Of a DNA stretch of 20,703 nucleotides, positions 1 to 6,725 are shown piece by piece (positions within the stretch are counted from its first letter, which is position 1; each line of letters opens with the position of its first letter). Position numbers and translations under genes: made by a program. The stretch lies in the NCBI GenBank assembly GCA_040754655.1, contig JBFMCE010000071.1:1-20703 (forward strand), read 5' to 3'. The notes beneath the pieces are model-generated. The model was not told the origin of the DNA. It did not search any database and saw nothing but the letters and a program-made list of their open reading frames with translations. This DNA comes from Bdellovibrionota bacterium. Lineage in GTDB: Bacteria; Bdellovibrionota; UBA1018; UBA923.

Positions 1-16
1 GTAGTGAAACCCTGCG

Positions 17-2359
17 TCAGTTGCAAACTTGATTTAAATAGTCAACAGATCTAATCAAAGAAAGTGCTTTTATTTCATAGACTTGGCTTGAATAGAGAGC
101 CTCTTCTCGGCCGGCCACCACGGCCCCGCCAAGAAGAGTCTCTTTCAGCTCTAAGGCTGAAAGTCGCGGGCACAAGCTTTTGAGCAGGGCCGCCGCACCA
201 GCGACGAAACCCGCCGCCAAGCCCGCATGGCTGCGAATCTCGGTGCGGTTTCGAGGAGTAGCCACCCGAATGTGCTCGCTCGGGGCCCAGAGGTCTACCT
301 TGCGCCCATGGTTTGAGGCGCCGTACTTCACCCGGCTTTGTAAATTTTTTTTATTTAATCCGCCCACGACTAGAAGGTTCTGAAAACTCTCACCCCACGC
401 TGCAGGGTAAAACGGTTTTCTCGCCAGGTCGAGGCCGCCATCACCAGCCGACGCCACAACCAATGCACCCGCTTGCTCTGCCAACCGAAGACCATCTTCA
501 AGCGCTTTCGAAGGCAGCGTCGTGGCCCAGCCAAGCACGATCACTTTCGCCTTTGATTTCACCGCGTACTCAAAACCAGAATAGATCGCCGCCGAGTTCG
601 TATTTCCGTACGGAGAAAACACCTTGATGGGAAGAAGAGTCACGTTTGGAGCGACTCCCAACGTGTCTTCCCCACCGCCTGCAATGACGCTTGCGATCTC
701 GGTGCCATGAGAATGGTCGTCAAACGGACGTTTATCATGTGAATAAAAATCAAACCCCGGAGCATCGAGCACTGAGTCCCAATACAAGTTCCGCCTGAGT
801 TCTCGGTGATTGTAATCAATGCCACTGTCGATCAACGCCACGATAGTGCCGCGAGAACCCAAGCAGCGCTCACTTACGCAGGCCTCTAAGTAACCTGGAT
901 GACCGATTGAGGCGTGCGCCCATGATTTTTTTGAAAGTTCAAGTGCGCGCTCCCTGGCCAAAGCCGCAAACTCGCCACCCTTATATTTTTGGTCGTATTG
1001 ATGGTAGCGGTAGATGCGGTATGGGAGAGTGACCAACTCCGTCACGCCCTTAAGGATGCGTGTCACAGTGCTTTCAATAAACCTCGCTAAGCCCGCTGCT
1101 ACCGGCAGATTCGCATCAAACCTTGCGACCCTATCCGCCGCCGCCTCACCTCGATTGGCGATACTCAAAGCCAAGCTCGCTTGAGCAAGGTTCGAAGGCG
1201 GCGTTTCGCCTGGCTCTAGGCTTACCAATTCGTCACCCGCGACCATCTGAGAAACTTCTCCTGACAGGAGCCGAAGCTTCGAGGTTTTCTGAAAAACCTG
1301 ATCCACCACGAAAACCGCCGCCTTCAGCTGTCGCCGTTTTTGAGTAGCATTGTAAAACCACTGGCCCGCTTGAACCCCAAAGTCGCTGCCAACCGAGGCG
1401 TACCAATCACCCCCGCATTGGCCAAAAAGACTCGCGACCAGAGGAACCCTCGACACAGTTTTCGCGATTTCTTTCGATGCGGCTTCGATCACCTGATCGA
1501 ACGCCTTGAGCAAGGCGGTCTTCTGCGCAAGATTCACCCCGATCTCGAAATCACCCGCGGGCTCGGCCACATGCGCGCTGAGATCGAAATAAAATCCACT
1601 GCCTTGCCCTGTGATGTGCTCTACTTCAAGCGCTCGATGGCGGTGGCGAAGTTTGACTTCAAGGCCTATTGAAGCGCGGTATTCAACATGTTTTAGAGAG
1701 GCTCCGACCCACAAGGCATCGAAGTTGAGCTCGTGCCCAAGCTCCAGGCCCGTATGCAACCCTCTGTCGGCATCGGCAAAAGTTCTTTCAAGCCCCGGAG
1801 CGCTTCGGCGCGACCCGCCGACCAAAAACTCATTGCGCGCCCGCGAATCCAAACCAGAGTTGTAAGGGTTCTCGGAACCTCTTCGAAACCCTGAGAATTC
1901 ACGACCCGCCCTGCTTCCGCTTGAAAATGCCAACTCATCAATCACAAGCTCAATGCGGGAACTGGCAATTCGGCCTCCTGAAAACAGACAAGGATCAGGC
2001 AGCGGTGCTGCTCCATCGCCAGAGCCTGAGCCTAAAGCAAGCGCGCTCGAAGCCAAAATTTGCTGTGGATTTAAAACAACGAATACACCTGCCCGGTTGA
2101 GCTCTTCGATCAAACGCATTCGTACGTTCTCGCCATACCAACGAAAAGGTTCTTTTGGATCAGGAAGCGAAATAAACCGCTCGGTGACAGGGGAGACTTC
2201 AACTGCGCGTTTCATCGTAGTCGTGGCGGTGGGCCTGGTTCCGGCTTGGGGCCTTTTCTTGCCAGCGGCGAAGAGTTCCTCCACATTCGATAATAGTAGA
2301 ATACCCGAGATCAGTATGAATGCTGGCCCCGGCCTCAAAGGCAGACACAAGAACTTCAC
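17..2359 (-). CDS. Exported CsgG/FlgT-like protein fused to a C-terminal subtilisin-family (S8) domain, probably catalytically inactive
   Basis: 780-aa ORF, GTG start with GGAG upstream and a hydrophobic signal-like N-terminus. The C-terminal ~290 aa have S8 motifs VALIDSGID, DDHSHGTEIASVIAG, GVAPNVTLLPIKVF, VVASAGD, VDLWAP and FVAGAAALL, but HAGLA replaces GTSMA. The N-terminal half resembles the neighbouring CsgG/FlgT-like protein (ASVGSDFGVQAGQWF...VVDQV...MVAGDEL). Confidence 0.85.
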   Translation of the reverse strand: MKFLCLPLRPGPAFILISGILLLSNVEELFAAGKKRPQAGTRPTATTTMKRAVEVSPVTERFISLPDPKEPFRWYGENVRMRLIEELNRAGVFVVLNPQQILASSALALGSGSGDGAAPLPDPCLFSGGRIASSRIELVIDELAFSSGSRAGREFSGFRRGSENPYNSGLDSRARNEFLVGGSRRSAPGLERTFADADRGLHTGLELGHELNFDALWVGASLKHVEYRASIGLEVKLRHRHRALEVEHITGQGSGFYFDLSAHVAEPAGDFEIGVNLAQKTALLKAFDQVIEAASKEIAKTVSRVPLVASLFGQCGGDWYASVGSDFGVQAGQWFYNATQKRRQLKAAVFVVDQVFQKTSKLRLLSGEVSQMVAGDELVSLEPGETPPSNLAQASLALSIANRGEAAADRVARFDANLPVAAGLARFIESTVTRILKGVTELVTLPYRIYRYHQYDQKYKGGEFAALARERALELSKKSWAHASIGHPGYLEACVSERCLGSRGTIVALIDSGIDYNHRELRRNLYWDSVLDAPGFDFYSHDKRPFDDHSHGTEIASVIAGGGEDTLGVAPNVTLLPIKVFSPYGNTNSAAIYSGFEYAVKSKAKVIVLGWATTLPSKALEDGLRLAEQAGALVVASAGDGGLDLARKPFYPAAWGESFQNLLVVGGLNKKNLQSRVKYGASNHGRKVDLWAPSEHIRVATPRNRTEIRSHAGLAAGFVAGAAALLKSLCPRLSALELKETLLGGAVVAGREEALYSSQVYEIKALSLIRSVDYLNQVCN

Positions 2360-2387
2360 GCCAAAACTCTCCGTGAAAAGTTGCGGC

Positions 2388-3320
2388 TCACTTCGGGCCT
2401 TCAGAATAATAGATCTTCACCTGATCGCCAGCGCGCACCGAGCGCAAGAGCCTTTGATCCGCATCGTCTCTCATCGCCGCGACACTTTGATCGTGCTGGG
2501 TTTCGTACACCAGGGCTTCGCCGATCCGCATGCTCGCGTTGTCATAGAGAGTGAATACATTGCCTGGTTTGATTTCATCGCGCGCGCCTGCGCCAAAGAA
2601 AATGCGTTTCAGGTCGTAATTGACCTTAGTCACCGTTGCACCCCAGTCCATGAAGAAATTGGTGTTCGGATCTTTGGCCATTTGATCAATGGCTTTGCGC
2701 ATGGCGGCCCGAAATACCTTCGACATGGGTGAGTTGAAGACAAAATCCGCTCCCGACTTGATATCCTTGAAATCAAGGCTCACTTCAAGCTTGCCGTTGC
2801 CAGTCAGAGCGCTCCCCTTCCCCACGGCTACGACCTCTTGGCGTTCGGTATCGATGATGTGAAAGTCGATGCCAAGAGACCCAATGGCAAAACTCAAGGT
2901 CCCTTCCGCACCCGACAAGACGCCACTAGCGAGATCACCTAAGCCCGGTTTGTACCCAAAGCGGATGTTTGCGCTCGTGCTGGTCGCCTCAAATGAGGTG
3001 ATGCCCCCGCGAAGCACGAATCGAGCAAGCGTGCCGTTGCCCTCGCCTGCCTGCGCGCTAACGCGAAATTTATTGGTTGCCTGAGTCACTTCGGTTCTTG
3101 CGAGCTCTGGCAGAAGCAGTCCCATGTCTACTCGTGTTTTCCCGTCTGGAAGCAGAAAGGGCGTATCGAGAAATCGGCCGATTGAAATCACGCGCGTAGG
3201 ATAAGCTTGCGTCACCGACGGCGGGGCAGGTTCCTTCCTCTTTTTTCCGAAGGCCAATGCAAGGCTTGGCGTTAAAACAAAGCAAAAGGCGGCCGCTACA
3301 ATCAATCTCATTTGTACCAT
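2388..3320 (-). CDS. CsgG/HfaB-like protein with FlgT C-terminal-like domain, exported
   Basis: The ORF runs from 3374, but ATG 3320 (GGAAGGG ~10 nt upstream) or ATG 3311 gives a typical signal peptide (MRLIVAAAFCFVLTPSLALA). It shows the CsgG/TolB-N-like pattern FVLRGGITSFE...LGIDFHIIDTERQEVVA...SPMSKVFRAAMRKAIDQM, then FlgT_C-like ATVTKV...IFFGAGARDEIKPGNVFTLY...IGEALV...VRAGDQV. Confidence 0.75.
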   Translation of the reverse strand: MVQMRLIVAAAFCFVLTPSLALAFGKKRKEPAPPSVTQAYPTRVISIGRFLDTPFLLPDGKTRVDMGLLLPELARTEVTQATNKFRVSAQAGEGNGTLARFVLRGGITSFEATSTSANIRFGYKPGLGDLASGVLSGAEGTLSFAIGSLGIDFHIIDTERQEVVAVGKGSALTGNGKLEVSLDFKDIKSGADFVFNSPMSKVFRAAMRKAIDQMAKDPNTNFFMDWGATVTKVNYDLKRIFFGAGARDEIKPGNVFTLYDNASMRIGEALVYETQHDQSVAAMRDDADQRLLRSVRAGDQVKIYYSEGPK

Positions 3321-3387
3321 CGTATAAAATCCCTTCCGTGAGAAACCCCGAAGCGCTCGTGGGTCAAACATCATGTTTGGAAGAATT

Positions 3388-3416
3388 ATTCTAAGCCCGA
3401 GCGGCTTTTGGCTTAA
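3388..3416 (-). promoter_or_regulatory. Putative sigma70 promoter of the CsgG-like/S8 gene pair
   Basis: Minus strand reads TTAAGC-N17-TAGAAT in the motB-csgG-like spacer. Confidence 0.4.
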
Positions 3417-3511
3417 AGAGGCAGGAAAAGCCTGTGGGCAGGAAAGGCTTTAAACAGACCATTTGGCCTTTTAGAGAAGTTCGGAGTCTCGGACTTTGGC
3501 GAATTTCTTGT

Positions 3512-4276
3512 TCACCTTGGATCTCGGCCCAAGACCACGATTTCGACCCGGCGATTGCGTTTACGGCCTTCTTCTTCTTTGTTGGTCGCGATCGGGTGAT
3601 ACTCAGCGTAACCAGAGGCCTCGAGATAACGAGGGTCGAATTTGAACTTTTGGATGAAATACCTGATGATCCAGGCGGCTCTAGCAGTAGAGAGCTCCCA
3701 GTTCGAAGGGTAATATTCGCTAGAGATTTTCGTATTGTCCGTGTGGCCTTCGACCCGGATGTGGCGCCTCACCGTTTTAAGCACTTTCGCCATCTGATCA
3801 AGCATGGGAAGCGCGTCACTCTTCACTTGAGCCGAGCCAGGCTCAAAGAAATCCTTGGCTGAGAGCCGCACCACGAGACCGCGGTCTTCATAAATGATCT
3901 GCATTTTCTCTGCGATGTCTGAAACACCGAGCTCATAACTCACGCTTTCCTCGAGGATATCAGCCAAGCGCTTGAGCTCGCCATAATCGTGGGTCATGAT
4001 GTTGCTGCGTCCGACGGGCATGTCGACGATCAAACCACCCGTTGGATTGTCTTGTTCGAATTGGTTCAGTGTCTTTCCGCCCGATTTCCCGCCAGCATCG
4101 ACGAAGTCCGAAGTAAATGCGGCTTTCAGGCTGTCTGCCACCGCTTTGAACTTCTGCGCATCCACCTTCGAAGTCGCGTAAAGAATCACAAAGAACGCAA
4201 AAAGCAGCGTGATGAAGTCGGCGTAAGAAACCAGCCATCTCTCTAGGTTTACGTGCTCTGGGTGTTTCTTAGGCAT
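3512..4276 (-). CDS. motB: Flagellar stator protein MotB (OmpA-like peptidoglycan-binding domain)
   Basis: TM motif ERWLVSYADFITLLFAFFVILY with the conserved Asp; C-terminal IRVEGHTDN, NWELSTARA, GYAEYHPI and NRRVEI. Confidence 0.97.
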   Translation of the reverse strand: MPKKHPEHVNLERWLVSYADFITLLFAFFVILYATSKVDAQKFKAVADSLKAAFTSDFVDAGGKSGGKTLNQFEQDNPTGGLIVDMPVGRSNIMTHDYGELKRLADILEESVSYELGVSDIAEKMQIIYEDRGLVVRLSAKDFFEPGSAQVKSDALPMLDQMAKVLKTVRRHIRVEGHTDNTKISSEYYPSNWELSTARAAWIIRYFIQKFKFDPRYLEASGYAEYHPIATNKEEEGRKRNRRVEIVVLGRDPR

Positions 4277-4309
4277 TGAGGATCGCCTCGCAAGAGGCTT
4301 TTGAGCGAC

Positions 4310-5098
4310 TCACGTTTTTTCGCCTCCGCCGCCATGGGCGCCGCCGCGAAGATGCTCTTCGACATAGACTTCAAGCTTTTCACGCAAGAAATGGGGATTC
4401 AACCCTTCCTGAATCCCGATGACGCCGATCTTGACCACTTCCTTAGCCATCGCTCGCATCGCAGCCTTGCGCTTGAGCTTCGTGCCGAAAGGAATGAAAA
4501 GCAAGTTCGCCGAACCCACGCCGTACACCGTCGCGACGAACGCGACCGCGATGCCGGAACCCAGGTCAGAGCCTGGCTCGTTCATCGAGGCCATGACGTG
4601 GATCAACCCGAGAACCGCTCCGATGATGCCGATCGTCGGGGCATAACCGCCCGTGCCTTCCCATACTTTTCCGGCGGTTTCTTCTTCTTCGAAGGCGATG
4701 TCGATCTCGGTCTGCATGATGTCTTTGACTGTTTGAGGCTCAAAACCGTCGATCACGTACTTGATTGATTTCTTGAAAAGCGGATTCTGGATGCTATCCC
4801 GCATCCCTTCCACCGCGAGCACGCCTTCTTTTCGGGCGACCGAAGCCACTTTGATGATCTCTTCGATCACTTCCCTCACGTCGGTATCGACGAGCTTGAA
4901 GATGACGCCGATCATCGAGAACGCGCGTTTGACGTCTTGTTGGGGAAAGGAAACGAGCATGGCGCCGATGGTGCCGCCGAAAACGATGATGGCCGCCGTC
5001 CCTTGCATGATCGATGAGAGGTGAAGGCCTTCAAGCAGAGCCCCGCCGAATACCGCACCGAGCCCCATCAAGACGCCTATCACTGTCACTATTTCCAT
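4310..5098 (-). CDS. motA: Flagellar stator protein MotA
   Basis: AAIIVFGGTIGA, ARKEGVLAVE (conserved charged residues), GYAPTIGIIGAVLGLI, IAVAFVATVYGV and GIQEGLNP; directly upstream of motB. Confidence 0.97.
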   Translation of the reverse strand: MEIVTVIGVLMGLGAVFGGALLEGLHLSSIMQGTAAIIVFGGTIGAMLVSFPQQDVKRAFSMIGVIFKLVDTDVREVIEEIIKVASVARKEGVLAVEGMRDSIQNPLFKKSIKYVIDGFEPQTVKDIMQTEIDIAFEEEETAGKVWEGTGGYAPTIGIIGAVLGLIHVMASMNEPGSDLGSGIAVAFVATVYGVGSANLLFIPFGTKLKRKAAMRAMAKEVVKIGVIGIQEGLNPHFLREKLEVYVEEHLRGGAHGGGGEKT

Positions 5099-5138
5099 GG
5101 CAGCGCCACTTTTCTCCTAAAACGAGTCGCCAGAACCG

Positions 5139-5339
5139 TTAAACCTGCCGATTCGGGAAATTAAATATCTCTCGTTTATACTGGACCACTTTCCTTAAGA
5201 TATCCTGCACCGACTCCTGAACCATGAGCTTCTCATTGCCGACCATCGTGATCATGGTGTCTGGCGTCGATTCGACTGAGCGAATCAGCTCTGCATTGAT
5301 CACAAACTCCTTGCCATTCAGGCGGTGCACGATGATCAT
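5139..5339 (-). CDS. flbD: Flagellar protein FlbD (SwrD family)
   Basis: 66 aa with MIIVHRLNGKEFVINAELIRSVESTPDTMITM, the FlbD signature; directly upstream of motA. Confidence 0.93.
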   Translation of the reverse strand: MIIVHRLNGKEFVINAELIRSVESTPDTMITMVGNEKLMVQESVQDILRKVVQYKREIFNFPNRQV

Positions 5340-5351
5340 TGTAATATTAAA

Positions 5352-5379
5352 AGTTTAGCACTCAGCAGAAGGCTGTCAA
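5352..5379 (-). promoter_or_regulatory. Putative sigma70 promoter of flbD-motA-motB
   Basis: Minus strand reads TTGACA-N16-TAAACT with an extended TGn; the -10 ends 12 nt before the flbD ATG. Confidence 0.6.
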
Positions 5380-5383
5380 ACCC

Positions 5384-6661
5384 ATGAACCAGACAACACC
5401 ACCAATTCACGTCGCAGGAGCAGAAGTTGCCGAGTTCGAGGTGCCCAAGATCTTGTACGTCGCGAGACTAGGCATCGCTTTGGGGATTTTCCTCACTGCA
5501 GCGCTTGGCGCGCTCGCCGCTGTCGGCTGGGGATGGCTTTCTGAAGGATTTTCTCCGGCAGTCGCCCTTTGGGGCGCAAGCATAGTCACCGTCGCGAGCG
5601 GTCTGAGCGTATCGTCTTTGAAGTCGAATCTCATCGACAAGTGCCTGGGACTCACGCGAAAGGACAAATCAATCGTATTTATTGGGGTAAAACGGGCCCT
5701 GAAAGTGAGTTTCGGGTTATTCTTGCTTGCGGCTCTAGGTTCTAGTTCAATCGCCTTGCTGATTCATAACATCTCGGCCTTTCCCTTGCCCTCTAAGCTC
5801 AACCGAACGCGCATCGAAGTGCGGTCCGCCAGCGCCGAAGAGAAACTCTGGCCGGTTTACTTCTGGGACTACGCCACCTTGATCGATCCCGCCGAGCTTG
5901 ATCGCTTCAATCTGATCGTGCCTTACGAAAAAGGCCCGCCCGAAAGGCTGCTCTCAAAAGTGTACTGGGAAAACCCCCAAACTCACTCTATTGAGCTCGA
6001 GCTTCACGGCAAAAGGCCTCGCGCCTATTCAACGGAGCTCGTCGCTCAGCTCTTCGCCTCGAATCAAACGCACCCACGGGACTGGTCCCTGGTCTGGAAA
6101 CTCTCAAAAGAAGCCGGGCTTTTTTCAGGCAGGACCCAAGCTGAGAGTTTGCACCTCATTCAACTCGAACAAGCGGGCCAACCCACAACCCACGCTATCG
6201 GCGTGCCCTGGACGCAAAATCCAAACGCAGAGCGCACGGGTGCCGGCCGCTTTTTCTTTTGGGGACCCGATGGCTCGGTCTTTCAAGTCAAATGCGCCCA
6301 GCCTTGCGGCTTAAGCCGCATCCTTGAGCTTGCGCAATTTGCCCCTGATCCCAAGGGTTCGCGCGCTCAACGTGTTTCATGGACTCAAGCGACACTTAAG
6401 AAGCTCTTGGGTCAGCTGCCAGAGGTGGTATCGAAAAAAGATGCCACCGCTCGCCGGCGCCATGAGACTTTATTGAACCTTTATCTCATCTCGCTCTTGA
6501 CGCTTGATCCCCGCGACCCGGAAGCTTTCTTTCACCTAGGAAAACTAGCCCGCAACCGAGAGACCCTTCTCTCAGCGATTCGCTATGGAAGAGACGTCGG
6601 AATGCAACAAGCGGCTCTTGTGGAACTCGAATCCATGCTCAACGCGCTCAAAGGCGACTGA
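5384..6661 (+). CDS. Hypothetical membrane protein (~3 N-terminal TM segments, soluble domain, C-terminal TPR-like helices)
   Basis: 425-aa ORF with hydrophobic stretches at about aa 24-52, 57-78 and 106-128; C-terminal LLTLDPRDPEAFFHLGKLA resembles a TPR helix pair. Start codon uncertain. Confidence 0.65.
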   Translation: MNQTTPPIHVAGAEVAEFEVPKILYVARLGIALGIFLTAALGALAAVGWGWLSEGFSPAVALWGASIVTVASGLSVSSLKSNLIDKCLGLTRKDKSIVFIGVKRALKVSFGLFLLAALGSSSIALLIHNISAFPLPSKLNRTRIEVRSASAEEKLWPVYFWDYATLIDPAELDRFNLIVPYEKGPPERLLSKVYWENPQTHSIELELHGKRPRAYSTELVAQLFASNQTHPRDWSLVWKLSKEAGLFSGRTQAESLHLIQLEQAGQPTTHAIGVPWTQNPNAERTGAGRFFFWGPDGSVFQVKCAQPCGLSRILELAQFAPDPKGSRAQRVSWTQATLKKLLGQLPEVVSKKDATARRRHETLLNLYLISLLTLDPRDPEAFFHLGKLARNRETLLSAIRYGRDVGMQQAALVELESMLNALKGD

Positions 6662-6725
6662 TTAAATAAACGAGCCGTTGCGTCCGTCTGGAAGGTTCGC
6701 CGCCAAACGCTTTAAGAACTCCTCA

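Noticed and set aside
17..900. S53 sedolisin reading of the protease domain because of the AGD oxyanion Asp
   Set aside because: It keeps the S8-type DSG and HGT motifs, lacks the sedolisin ExxxD motif, and still lacks the GTS nucleophile.
1953..2732. 259-aa plus-strand ORF, and the many other 60-180-aa overlapping ORFs (e.g. 4301-4768, 17894-18430, 18532-19071)
   Set aside because: They are antisense or off-frame shadows of well-supported genes, with no recognisable motifs.
2388..3374. Curli biogenesis operon
   Set aside because: No CsgA/B repeat proteins or CsgE/F are in the window, and the protein lacks a lipobox at its predicted cleavage site and has an extra FlgT_C-like domain.
3512..5098. 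MotA/MotB as a Zorya (ZorAB) defence or ExbBD/TolQR-type motor
   Set aside because: MotA is normal length with rotor-contact motifs and no long ZorA tail, flbD is adjacent, and no zorC/D/E-like genes are present.
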